In this document: positions 18,445 to 27,942 of the stretch, piece after piece
How the letters are laid out: every line of letters begins with the position of its first letter
Numbering within the stretch: position 1 is the stretch's first letter
Origin: Gammaproteobacteria bacterium
GTDB lineage: Bacteria > Pseudomonadota > Gammaproteobacteria > Eutrophobiales > Eutrophobiaceae
Assembly: GCA_965221695.1 (NCBI GenBank)
Contig: OZ244905.1
Coordinates: forward strand, 2,048,001 to 2,112,000
Reading direction: 5' to 3'
DNA: 64,000 nt
Notes under the pieces: generated by a model
Told to the model about the DNA's origin: nothing
The model's database searches: none
Seen by the model: only the letters and a program-made list of their open reading frames with translations
Position numbers and translations under genes: made by a program

Positions 18445-19650
18445 TCACACCGCCGCTGCCTGCGCAGTGACCGGCTCATCCCGAATTGGCCAGTGCACCA
18501 GCGCGGCAAGAATGCCCAGCAAAATGGCCAACTGCCACATGAGCAAGTAGGAACCGGTCGTCTCGAACAGGTAACCGCCCAGCCAGGCGCCCAGGAAACT
18601 GCCCACCTGGTGGCTCAGGAAGACGATGCCGAACAACGTGCCGCCGTAACGTACCCCGAAGATCTCGGCGACCAGGCCGCTGGTCAACGGAATGGTCCCC
18701 AGCCATAACAGCCCCATGGCCGCGGCGAACAGCGCCAGTGTGATCTCGCTCAGGGGCAGGGCGATAAACAGCGCAATCACCAGTGCGCGACCGAGGTACA
18801 GCCCGCTCAACAGGTATTTTTTCCGGTAACGTCCCCCATACAGCCCGGCCAGGTAGGTGCCAAGGATATTGAATACGCCGATCAAGCCGAGCGCAAACGC
18901 CGCGCGCATCGGAGAAACGGCAGCGTCATTCAGGAACGCCGGCAGGTGGGTGGCGATAAAAGCCACGTGAAACCCGCATACCAGGAAACCGCAATTCAAC
19001 AACAGGTAGCCCGAATGCGTGCCGGCGCTGCGCAACACCTGAGACAGGGTTTCCCCGGGCAGGTTGGAGCTGTTGGCTTCTTCCATAGCCTGGCGCCGGA
19101 GCAGTAATGTCAGCAGCGGCACGATCATCACACATCCTGCGAGGATTAAAAATGCCGTGCTCCAGCCGTACCATCCGATGAACAATTGGCTTAACGGCAC
19201 AAACGAAAACATCCCAATCGACCCGCCGGAGGAGACAATACCGAATGCAAGGCTGCGTTTTTCCGGCGGGACCAGCCTGCCAATGGCGCTCAACACCACC
19301 GTAAACGTGGTGCCGCTCATCGCAAGACCCACCATCATGCCCAGGCTCAGGTGCAGGCCGGTCGCAGTCGTGGTCAATGCGGTGAGCGCCAGGCCGGCGA
19401 TATACAGTAAACTGGACAGGATCAGCATCCGCAAACTGCCGAACTTGTCCGTCAGCATGCCGGCAAACGGTTGCGCCAGACCCCAAACCAGGTTCTGGAT
19501 GGCAATGGTCAGTCCGAACGTGGTCCGGGTAAGCTCAAGGTCAGTGACCACCGGCTGCAGGAATACACCAAACGACTGCCGGATACCCATACTGACGGCA
19601 ACGATCGTGCCCCCGACAACTATCAGCAGAACATATTGTGACTGGCGCAT
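18445..19650 (-). CDS. MFS transporter
   Basis: About 12 TM segments, GMLTDKFG, GFLVCGFH. Confidence 0.9.
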   Translation of the reverse strand: MRQSQYVLLIVVGGTIVAVSMGIRQSFGVFLQPVVTDLELTRTTFGLTIAIQNLVWGLAQPFAGMLTDKFGSLRMLILSSLLYIAGLALTALTTTATGLHLSLGMMVGLAMSGTTFTVVLSAIGRLVPPEKRSLAFGIVSSGGSIGMFSFVPLSQLFIGWYGWSTAFLILAGCVMIVPLLTLLLRRQAMEEANSSNLPGETLSQVLRSAGTHSGYLLLNCGFLVCGFHVAFIATHLPAFLNDAAVSPMRAAFALGLIGVFNILGTYLAGLYGGRYRKKYLLSGLYLGRALVIALFIALPLSEITLALFAAAMGLLWLGTIPLTSGLVAEIFGVRYGGTLFGIVFLSHQVGSFLGAWLGGYLFETTGSYLLMWQLAILLGILAALVHWPIRDEPVTAQAAAV

Positions 19651-19800
19651 ATTTTATGTATGAAACGCAATGAGTGAATCAGAATTTATTGTTGTTCGTG
19701 TAGTCGGGAGTCCTCGGAACAATTCAGTGGCTTCCCGGGTCAAATCGGCTCCTGACGCGACTAATTCATCCCGTGAACGCTCTGTATCATAGCAACATTT

Positions 19801-19981
19801 CACGAAAACAGGAATCCAACTTAAAAAGGATCGCCCTTCGGGCGATACAGTGTTTGACTGGACTCCCGCTTCCGCGGGAGTGGTACGGCGGCTGTGCTCA
19901 CGCAAGCGCCTCCCATCCCATTCCCGCGAAAGCGGGAATCCAGTGAAACAACGCGTCGCCCGAAGGGCGACACCGTATCAG
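19801..19981. repeat. BIME-like mosaic of REP/dRS3-like palindromes (family B)
   Basis: TCGCCCNNNGGGCGA hairpins alternate with A(T/C)TCCCG-N6-CGGGA(A/G)T; reverse complement of the unit at 24170. Confidence 0.85.
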
Positions 19982-20074
19982 ACTGCCACTCAGATAATAA
20001 AATCTCTGCTTGAATTGATAACAGGCTTTGTGTCATGCTGAATCCCAGAAAAACTACCTGATGAGGAAGGCCAA

Positions 20075-20674
20075 ATGGCAGAAACAGCACATCGCGCCCC
20101 GTTGTCAGACGTACAGCTCCGGGTCAGGGCGCTGGAGTCATTGCTGATCGAAAAAGGCGCAGTCCAGCGGGAGACGTTGGATGCGATCATCGATCATTAC
20201 GAAAACAAAGTCGGACCGCATATCGGCGCTGCGATCGTGGCCAAGGCATGGACCGATCCTGACTTCAAGGCGAGACTGCTGGAAGATGCGTCGTCAACAT
20301 TGGCGCAACAGGGATACAGCGGGATTGAAGGCAGCCACATGGTGGTCGTGGAAAACACCGATGCGGTTCACAACCTGGTCGTCTGCACACTTTGCTCCTG
20401 CTATCCCTGGCCGGTATTGGGCCTGCCGCCCAACTGGTATAAAAGCACGCCTTACCGCGCAAAAGCGGTGCGCGACCCGCGCGGGCTGCTGAAGGAGTTC
20501 GGCCTGGAGTTGCCGGAAGAAACCGAAGTGCGGGTCTGGGACAGCAATGCGGAGATCAGGTACCTGGTGTTGCCCAAACGCCCGGAGGGCACGGAAAACA
20601 TGAGTGAAGCGGAATTGCAGGAAACCGTCACGCGTGACTCGATGGTTGGCGCCGGGCTTGCAACCACTGCGTAA
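20075..20674 (+). CDS. nthA: Nitrile hydratase alpha subunit, cobalt type
   Basis: [10 protein letters not shown] (Thr/Tyr pattern of Co-NHases). Confidence 0.96.
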   Translation: MAETAHRAPLSDVQLRVRALESLLIEKGAVQRETLDAIIDHYENKVGPHIGAAIVAKAWTDPDFKARLLEDASSTLAQQGYSGIEGSHMVVVENTDAVHNLVVCTLCSCYPWPVLGLPPNWYKSTPYRAKAVRDPRGLLKEFGLELPEETEVRVWDSNAEIRYLVLPKRPEGTENMSEAELQETVTRDSMVGAGLATTA

Positions 20675-20697
20675 TAACAGAACGAGGATAGCGCATT

Positions 20698-21363
20698 ATG
20701 AACAGCATTCATGACATCGGCGGCATGGACAATGTCGGGCCGGTATCTATCGAAAAAGACGAACCGGTCTTCCACGAGGACTGGGAAAAGAAGGTATATG
20801 CGATGACCCTTGCGACCATGGGCGCCGGCATATTTGTTACTGACGAGGTACGCTACATGACGGAGACGATTCCTCCCGCTGACTATCTGACCTTCTCCTA
20901 CTATGAAAAATGGCTGTACAGCCTGGAACGGATGATGTTACAGAAAAATGTGCTGACGCAGGAAGAACTGGAATCCGGCGTGGTGACGGCGCCGGAGCTG
21001 GCAAGCGGCATTGAGGCCGCCTCGACGGAACGGATGGAGTACGGCATGAAAAATCGTATCCCGGTCTTTGTGGATGCCGACATCCCTCCCAAGTTCAAAG
21101 CAGGCGATGCGATCATCGCCAGGAACATCAATCCCCCGCACCACACGCGCATCCCCCGTTACCTCCGCGGCAGGCGCGGCACGGTGGAACAAGATCATGG
21201 TATCTTTCTCCTGCCCGATACCAATGCCCACGGCGGCCCGGACAAGCCGCAGCATGTCTACAGCGTACGCTTCAGCGCCCGTGAATTGTGGGGCGAAGAC
21301 GCGCCGGCCAATGATTCCCTGTACATCGACCTATTCGATGACTACATGGACCACGACGAATAA
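20698..21363 (+). CDS. nthB: Nitrile hydratase beta subunit
   Basis: HDIGG, EPVFHEDWE, SYYEKW, HTRIPRYLRG. Confidence 0.95.
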   Translation: MNSIHDIGGMDNVGPVSIEKDEPVFHEDWEKKVYAMTLATMGAGIFVTDEVRYMTETIPPADYLTFSYYEKWLYSLERMMLQKNVLTQEELESGVVTAPELASGIEAASTERMEYGMKNRIPVFVDADIPPKFKAGDAIIARNINPPHHTRIPRYLRGRRGTVEQDHGIFLLPDTNAHGGPDKPQHVYSVRFSARELWGEDAPANDSLYIDLFDDYMDHDE

Positions 21364-21374
21364 GGCCACAATCG

Positions 21375-21713
21375 ATGCAGATGCCGGAGCTCGACTCTCT
21401 CGCCGGGATACCGCTGGACGAGCAGGGTCCCGTATTCAAGGAACCCTGGCAGGCGCAAGCGTTCGCGCTGGTCCTGAAAATGCATGAAGAAGGTCTATTC
21501 ACCTGGGCCGAATGGGCGGAACGGCTTAACCGGGCAATTGCCGCGGCCCGCGCCGGCGGAGACCCCGACCTGGGCAATACCTATTACCACCACTGGCTAG
21601 CGGCTCTGGAAGGCATTGTTGCAGACAAACACCTGGTGACCGCCGAAGCGCTGGCACGCCGCAAGGATGAAGTGCAGGAAGAACACCAACGTCTGCACGG
21701 ACACAGCCATTAG
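21375..21713 (+). CDS. Nitrile hydratase accessory/activator protein
   Basis: GPVFKEPWQAQAFAL, FTWAEWA, YYHHWLAALE, His-rich C-terminus. Confidence 0.92.
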   Translation: MQMPELDSLAGIPLDEQGPVFKEPWQAQAFALVLKMHEEGLFTWAEWAERLNRAIAAARAGGDPDLGNTYYHHWLAALEGIVADKHLVTAEALARRKDEVQEEHQRLHGHSH

Positions 21714-21772
21714 CTGCCGCCGAACCGGGTTTAAACCTGAACAGCGTTGCCTCATATCACAGAACGCCCGCT

Positions 21773-22690
21773 ATGCAGTCCCGTGGAACAGCATCCCGCG
21801 CAACAACTATCGGCCTGATCAGACACTACCTGAACTCGACTGAATCTAGCTGGAGTAACGGAATATCCGGTGCGATTGCGGAGTTCATGTATGACGACGG
21901 CGAACAGATAAGCTTCGAGGAAAGCGCCACCGCGCTACAGGCCGTGACGGGCCGCGGCGCCATCGCCGTGAATCTGGCGCAGGAACTCGCCTGTTTCGCC
22001 TATGAGGACATCGGCCATTGCGCCGGGTCATGGACGCAAAGCATCGCCCTTGCCTTGCCGGCAGCGCGTGCCCGTATCCCAACAAATCATGTTGTCACGA
22101 GTTTGGGCGCCGATGTCGGCGCGCTTCGTACCCCGGACCGGGACAAGCAGTTGTTCGACCTGGGCCTGGGCTCTGACCTGGCGCGTTTCTGCGTGCGCAC
22201 AGGCGATTCAAACCTGGCTAATGAATTACGTTTTTTCTGCGGAAAAAAGCTGTCCGATCAGCAGCGAGTTTTGCCGGCGCTGTTGCAAAGCTCGTCTCCG
22301 GAACGCGTCGTCATCTCTGCGCTGGGCCGTATCGAAGTCTATACACCCATCCCGCAAACAAGCGCCCATACCGAAGCAGGGCCGCATACCCATTTGTTAC
22401 CCGGCTTGCTTGGAAAGGATAAGGCCGTGTTGCCGTGTGGACACCCTGCTGTCATGCAGATTTACCCGCCCCACCCCCTGCGCGACAAATACGGCGAGGA
22501 AAAGCCGTTCGACCCCGCGTGCTACCACGCATTCCAGGATGTCCTGGAAAAAGTGGGCATTGAAGAGTACCTGAGCGCAAAAACTGCTGCCGAAGAGAAC
22601 TCGCCACCGGCAACGGGAAATAGCTCAAGGTGGTATGACATTGCCTGCCAGATTGTTACAATGCAGCAGCAAGAATTAGCCCGCCTCTGA
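21773..22690 (+). CDS. Conserved hypothetical protein (possibly DUF6925-like)
   Basis: GAIAEF, LFDLGLG..FCVRT, GRIEVY.PIP, GPHTHLLP; co-oriented after the NHase genes; DUF name from memory. Confidence 0.65.
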   Translation: MQSRGTASRATTIGLIRHYLNSTESSWSNGISGAIAEFMYDDGEQISFEESATALQAVTGRGAIAVNLAQELACFAYEDIGHCAGSWTQSIALALPAARARIPTNHVVTSLGADVGALRTPDRDKQLFDLGLGSDLARFCVRTGDSNLANELRFFCGKKLSDQQRVLPALLQSSSPERVVISALGRIEVYTPIPQTSAHTEAGPHTHLLPGLLGKDKAVLPCGHPAVMQIYPPHPLRDKYGEEKPFDPACYHAFQDVLEKVGIEEYLSAKTAAEENSPPATGNSSRWYDIACQIVTMQQQELARL

Positions 22691-22740
22691 AACCGAGTCA
22701 GAAGCGTCCTGATTCTTTGGTTCCAAAATAGGAGGTGTCT

Positions 22741-23247
22741 ATGAGTTCGAAAGAGGACAAAGTGTTTTTTTATAATTATTCGATCGTGATCGGTCTTCTG
22801 GCCGTGATGATCATCATCTTCCTGGTTCTGGCGCTGTATTTTGGCGTCGACGAGGATGCCGTCGCGCGCAAACAGGCGAACAAGGTCGCCGCGAATACCG
22901 TTCCGGTAGGCGTGGTCGCGCTGGTTGGCGACACGGCAGAAGAAGTGGAGGTGGCTACCGTCGCAACGGTAGCCACCAATGAAGAGCCGGTAGACATGGG
23001 CCTGCGGGTATACAACGGCCTCTGCATAAGCTGCCACAACGGCTTGCCGAATATCCCTAAAGTCGGAGACAAGGTCGCCTGGGAGAGTCGCATTGCCCAG
23101 GGCATGGCGCTGCTGTATGAACGCGCGATCAAGGGATTCATCAGCGAAGGAGGACTCATCGCGATGCCACCCAAGGGCGGCAATATGAACCTGACGGATG
23201 AAGAAGTCAAAGCAGCCGTGGACTACATGGTAGCGAACAGTCAATAA
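22741..23247 (+). CDS. Cytochrome c5 family
   Basis: N-terminal TM, CISCH, AMPPKGG; AGGAGG RBS. Confidence 0.9.
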   Translation: MSSKEDKVFFYNYSIVIGLLAVMIIIFLVLALYFGVDEDAVARKQANKVAANTVPVGVVALVGDTAEEVEVATVATVATNEEPVDMGLRVYNGLCISCHNGLPNIPKVGDKVAWESRIAQGMALLYERAIKGFISEGGLIAMPPKGGNMNLTDEEVKAAVDYMVANSQ

Positions 23248-23288
23248 ATGATGAATAGGGCCGAAAACATGTATCCGGCCAGACGGCC

Positions 23289-24167
23289 ATGCGCGCCCTG
23301 CTTGTATTTTCCGCTGTTTTCCTAAGCGCCATCCTGTTCGGCGCACTTGTTGCATTTCCCGTATATGAGATTTTCTCCTCGTTCGGGGAGATAACGTTCA
23401 GAAAAACCGTTTCCCGAACGACACTGCTCAGCGGCTTGCTGTTCAGCCTGGTGTATTTTGCCCGGTATAACGGCCTGTCATTGGCCCGGCTTGGCCTGAC
23501 CGCGCAACGCGCCCATATCAGGCTCTTCCAGGGGCTGGCCGTCGGGCTTGTCATCGTCGCGATGATCGAAGCCAACCTGCTGTTGCTCGGGGTCCATGCG
23601 TTTCACGCAGAACGGCTGCTTGCACTGGATCAATTATCGCCACTGTTATTCAAGTGGCTGGTCACCGGCCTGCTGGTGGGCCTGGTAGAAGAGGTGATTT
23701 TCCGCGGCGCCATGCTCGGCGGCTTGAGCCGCCAGACCAACCAGGCGCTGGCGCTGGTCGTGGTCAGCCTCGTGTATGCCGCCGTGCATTACCTGAAATT
23801 CCGCGACCTGCCGGCGGATACGATAATAACCTGGCATACCGGCGTGACCATGATCCCGCCCGCACTGTTCCAGTTTGCCGACCCGGCAAGATACGATGCG
23901 ATGCTGTCCCTGTTCTTTCTGGGCCTGCTGCTGGGCCTTGTGCGGCTCCTCAGCGGCAGCCTGGTCCTGTGTATAGGCCTACATGCCGGCGTGATAGTGG
24001 GGGAGAAATTGATCCAGCACATGACCGACTTGGCACCCCACAGCGCGTACACCCACCTGGTCAACCGTTACGACCCCTTTGTCGGAGACCTGGCCTCGGC
24101 GTGGTTGCTGGTCCTCTGCGTGTTATTCTATTTTTTCTACCGGCGCAGGTTACGGCAAGACCGGTAA
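23289..24167 (+). CDS. CPBP (CAAX/Abi) intramembrane protease
   Basis: EEVIFRG, YAAVH, IGLHAG. Confidence 0.9.
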   Translation: MRALLVFSAVFLSAILFGALVAFPVYEIFSSFGEITFRKTVSRTTLLSGLLFSLVYFARYNGLSLARLGLTAQRAHIRLFQGLAVGLVIVAMIEANLLLLGVHAFHAERLLALDQLSPLLFKWLVTGLLVGLVEEVIFRGAMLGGLSRQTNQALALVVVSLVYAAVHYLKFRDLPADTIITWHTGVTMIPPALFQFADPARYDAMLSLFFLGLLLGLVRLLSGSLVLCIGLHAGVIVGEKLIQHMTDLAPHSAYTHLVNRYDPFVGDLASAWLLVLCVLFYFFYRRRLRQDR

Positions 24168-24169
24168 TC

Positions 24170-24450
24170 CAAGACTGTGTCGCCCGAAGGGCGACCCTTT
24201 GTTTCACTGGATTCCCGTTTGCACGGGAATGGGATAGGGGCGCTTGTGTGAACATCGCCACCGTACCACTCCCGCGAAAGCGGGAGTCCAGTCGAATACT
24301 GTGTCGCCCAATGGGCGACCCTTTGTTTCACTGGATTCCCGTTTGCACGGGAATGGAATGGGAGGCGCTTGTGTGAACACCGCCACCTTACCACTCCCGC
24401 GAAAGCGGGAGTCCAGTCCATTACTGTGTCGCCCGTAGGGCGACCCCTTT
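24170..24450. repeat. BIME-like tandem array (family B), about 2.2 units of ~123 bp
   Basis: CTGTGTCGCCCNNNGGGCGACCC x3 separated by inverted pairs of ATTCCCG/ACTCCCG palindromes; between convergent genes. Confidence 0.9.
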
Positions 24451-24469
24451 TACAAAATAAATCAATGAC

Positions 24470-25561
24470 TCAATCAGCTTCCAGCGCCTTTGAGGTAAGC
24501 CGGTGCCAAGGCTGATAGGACTCCTGGAACGCCCGGTAGGCTTCGTAGACGCGTTTGAAATCGGGATCTTTTTCTGCTTCGCTCTCCAGCGTTTCACGGG
24601 TGACCAAGCGCAGTTCCTGCATCACGTCCCGCGGGAATGGCAGTACCTGGACATTTTTCTTCGTTGACAACTCCTTGAGCGCCTGGCTGTTATGGTATTC
24701 CATCGCGCTGTAAGCCCAAGCGCTGGTCGCGGCGGCGGCTTGTTTCACTATCTGCTGCAGGTCATCCGGCAGGCTGTCCCACCGCGCCCGGTTGACCAGT
24801 AGTTCCAGTTGCGCTCCCGGTTCGTGCCAACCGGGATAGTAGTAATAATCGGCAGCACGATTCAGGCCCAGGCGCAGGTCGTGCATGGGGCCGACCCATT
24901 CCGTCGCATCTATCGTGCCACGCTCCAGTGCGGTGTAAAGCTCGCCCCCCGACATGAGTATCGGGTTGCCGCCGGCCCGGTCCAGTACCTTGCCGCCAAG
25001 CCCGGGCATGCGCATACGCAAGCCTTTGAGATCATCTATGGTTTCTATCTTCTTGTTGAACCAACCACCCATCTGCACCCCGGTATTGCCGATGGGCAGG
25101 GCAATGACATTGAACGGTTCATACAGCTCGTTCCATAGCTCCAGTCCGCCGCCGTGGTACAACCAGGCTTCCACGCCCTTTTGTTCCATGCCGAAGGGAA
25201 CCGTGGTAAAAAACTGCGCGGCCGGCACCTTGCCGGCCCAGTAATACGCGGCCCCGTGCCCCATTTCCACCGCGCCCTGCGAAACTGCATCAAACACCTG
25301 CAGCGCGGGCACCAGTTCACCGCCGGCAAACACCTTGATGTCCAGCCTGCCATTGCTCATGATACGAACGTTTTCGGCAAACATTTCCGGTGCTTCCTGG
25401 AACACGGGAAAATTCGCCGGCCAGGTGGTAACCATCTTCCAGCGATGGATCTTGCCGGCATCGATGACTGCGTTTTCGCCCTCCACAAGGGGACCGTCTC
25501 CACAGGCCCCGAGCAGGACAGCCAGCAACAGGCATGATAGCCGTTGCGCCAGTGTCATCAT
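24470..25561 (-). CDS. TRAP transporter substrate-binding lipoprotein (TakP/DctP-like)
   Basis: Lipobox LLGAC, WKMVTTW, GNTGVQMGGWF, LRMRMPGLGG, YYYPGWHEP. Confidence 0.92.
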   Translation of the reverse strand: MMTLAQRLSCLLLAVLLGACGDGPLVEGENAVIDAGKIHRWKMVTTWPANFPVFQEAPEMFAENVRIMSNGRLDIKVFAGGELVPALQVFDAVSQGAVEMGHGAAYYWAGKVPAAQFFTTVPFGMEQKGVEAWLYHGGGLELWNELYEPFNVIALPIGNTGVQMGGWFNKKIETIDDLKGLRMRMPGLGGKVLDRAGGNPILMSGGELYTALERGTIDATEWVGPMHDLRLGLNRAADYYYYPGWHEPGAQLELLVNRARWDSLPDDLQQIVKQAAAATSAWAYSAMEYHNSQALKELSTKKNVQVLPFPRDVMQELRLVTRETLESEAEKDPDFKRVYEAYRAFQESYQPWHRLTSKALEAD

Positions 25562-25639
25562 CAAAGGATTGTCGGTACTGTTATACACTGTTCTTCTCAA
25601 TCTTCTCTCTCATTATCAGAATCGCAACCTTGAGCCGGG

Positions 25640-27793
25640 TCAGGCAGGTTGCAGGTTCGCGTAGGCCAGCACCAGCCATTTTGCGCCGGCATCTTCGAAA
25701 TTGACCTGTATCCGCGCGTGGCTGCCTCTGCCTTCCAGGTTCATGACAGTGCCTTCGCCAAAGCGGGCATGCAACACCCGCTGGCCCGGCCCGAATGGCG
25801 CATCTGCATCCACCGCCGACTTGTCAAAAAAATCGCGGGTTACCGTCCCACCAAGACGTATCTCGTCGATGAGTTTTTCCGGGATTTCGCCGAGGAAGCG
25901 CGACGGTTGCGGATAATACTCCGAACCGTGCATGCGCCGGTGACGGGCGTGGCTCAGGGTCAGCTTCTTACGCGCCCGGGTAATGCCCACGTAGCACAGG
26001 CGCCGTTCTTCTTCCAGTTGTGCCGGATCGTCGGAGCTTCTCTGGTGGGGGAACAGGCCTTCCTCCATGCCGACCAGGTAAACCCGGTCGAACTCCAGCC
26101 CCTTGGCAGTGTGCAGGGTCATCAGGTTGACCGCGTCGGCATTGGCATCGGCTTGTGTGTCGCCTGCTTCCAGCGCGGCCTGGGATAGGAACGCAGCCAG
26201 CGGTTCCAAATCGCCATGCACCTCCTTGTCTACCTGAAATTGTCCGGCAGCGTTGACCAGTTCCTCGAGATTCTCCACCCGCGTCTCCCCGCGCTCACCT
26301 TTTTCTTTCCGGTAATGCTCAACCAGCCCGCTTGCCTTGATCACCTCGTCCATCGTCTGATCCAGGTCATTGCCGGAGATAAGCTGCGTCATCTGTTCAA
26401 TAAGGCCAACGAATCGTTCCAGCGCCGCCAGGGAACGGGAAGGCAACTGCCGCGCCGCAATCAGCGCGCGGGTGGCGCGCCATAATGGCATATTTTCTAC
26501 TCTTGCGTGGCTGCGGACTTCTTCCAGGCTGCGCTGCCCAATGCCCCTTGGTGGTGTATTGACGATACGTTCAAACGAAGCGTCGTCATCCCGATTGGCG
26601 GCAAGACGCAGGTAAGCCAGCGCATCCTTGATCTCCATGCGCTCATAAAACCGCATGCCGCCGAAAACGCGATACGGTGTTCCCGCCTGCATCAGCGCGT
26701 CCTCAAACACCCGCGACGTGGCGCTGACGCGATAGAGGATGGCATTGTCCTGATACGCGACATTTTCCAGGCGGGATGCGTTGATGCGCTCCACCACGTA
26801 GCGGGCCTCGTCGTGCTCACTGTAAGCCGAGTACAGTTCCAGTTTGTCGCCCGCGGCGCCCTCAGCCCACAGGTTTTTGCCCAAGCGGGCGCTGTTGTTG
26901 GCGATCAAGGCATTGGCGGCATTCAATATGTTCGTGGTCGAGCGGTAGTTCTGTTCCAGCCGGAACAGGGTCGGCGCGGGAAAATCCTGTTCGAAACGCT
27001 GCATGTTTTCCATGCGTGCGCCGCGGAAGCTGTAAATGGACTGGTCGTCGTCGCCCACTGCGAACAAGTGGTTGTCGTTGCCCGCGAGCAAGCGCAACCA
27101 GGCGTACTGCAACGCGTTGGTATCCTGGAACTCGTCCACCAGGATATAGCGAAAACGCTGCCGATAATGGGCCAGCAGGTCGTTCTGATCGCGCAGCAGT
27201 TCATGGTTTCTGAGCAGGAGCTCAGCAAAATCAACCAGACCGGCGCGATCACAGGTCTGCTGGTAGTTGCGGTAAATGGCTACCATCTGCTCCAGCACAG
27301 GGTCGCCGTGCAGGTTAATGTGTTGCGGCCGTAATCCTTCGTCCTTCTGCCCGTTGATGAACCATTGCGCCTCCCTGGGAGAATATCGGTTTTCATCCAG
27401 GTTCATGCCGCGTATCACCCGCCGCAGGGTGCGCAACTGGTCTTCGCTGTCGAGTATCTGAAAACTGTCGGGCAAACCCGCTTCCTGCCAATGCAAGCGC
27501 AGCGCCCGGTGGGCCAGCCCGTGGAAAGTGCCCACCCACATACCGCCAATCGGCCGCTTGAGCAAAGCCCCGATGCGGGAGCGCATCTCCGCGGCGGCCT
27601 TGTTGGTGAATGTAACGGCCAGGATGCCATAAGGCGCAGCCTGCTCCGTTTGCAGATACCAGGCAATGCGATGTGCGAGGACCCGGGTTTTTCCGCTGCC
27701 GGCGCCGGCAAGCACGAGTATGTTCCCCGGCGGCGCGGCAACCGCCTCGCGTTGCGCGTCATTCAGTCCGTCTAAAACAATGGATACATCCAT
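25640..27793 (-). CDS. uvrD: DNA helicase II
   Basis: AGAGSGKT, VDEFQDTN, GDDDQSIY, LEQNYRST, EERRLCYVGITRA. Confidence 0.97.
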   Translation of the reverse strand: MDVSIVLDGLNDAQREAVAAPPGNILVLAGAGSGKTRVLAHRIAWYLQTEQAAPYGILAVTFTNKAAAEMRSRIGALLKRPIGGMWVGTFHGLAHRALRLHWQEAGLPDSFQILDSEDQLRTLRRVIRGMNLDENRYSPREAQWFINGQKDEGLRPQHINLHGDPVLEQMVAIYRNYQQTCDRAGLVDFAELLLRNHELLRDQNDLLAHYRQRFRYILVDEFQDTNALQYAWLRLLAGNDNHLFAVGDDDQSIYSFRGARMENMQRFEQDFPAPTLFRLEQNYRSTTNILNAANALIANNSARLGKNLWAEGAAGDKLELYSAYSEHDEARYVVERINASRLENVAYQDNAILYRVSATSRVFEDALMQAGTPYRVFGGMRFYERMEIKDALAYLRLAANRDDDASFERIVNTPPRGIGQRSLEEVRSHARVENMPLWRATRALIAARQLPSRSLAALERFVGLIEQMTQLISGNDLDQTMDEVIKASGLVEHYRKEKGERGETRVENLEELVNAAGQFQVDKEVHGDLEPLAAFLSQAALEAGDTQADANADAVNLMTLHTAKGLEFDRVYLVGMEEGLFPHQRSSDDPAQLEEERRLCYVGITRARKKLTLSHARHRRMHGSEYYPQPSRFLGEIPEKLIDEIRLGGTVTRDFFDKSAVDADAPFGPGQRVLHARFGEGTVMNLEGRGSHARIQVNFEDAGAKWLVLAYANLQPA

Positions 27794-27942
27794 TAGTGAA
27801 TTGTAACCCGCGCGGCGAAGTTAGAAAATGACCTCAGGCCAGTATTTTACTGGACACCCCATGAATTTATTTTGCTGTCCCGAAATAACCGAGTAACAGT
27901 GTTAGAATGACCGGCTGCCAATTTTTGAAATCAGGAACACCT

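Noticed and set aside
24170-24450. CRISPR array
   Set aside because: Inter-repeat segments are themselves repeated, unit is ~123 bp, and there are no cas genes
27839-27853. LexA box at uvrD (CCAGTATTTTACTGG palindrome)
   Set aside because: Orientation and spacing do not fit CTG-N10-CAG
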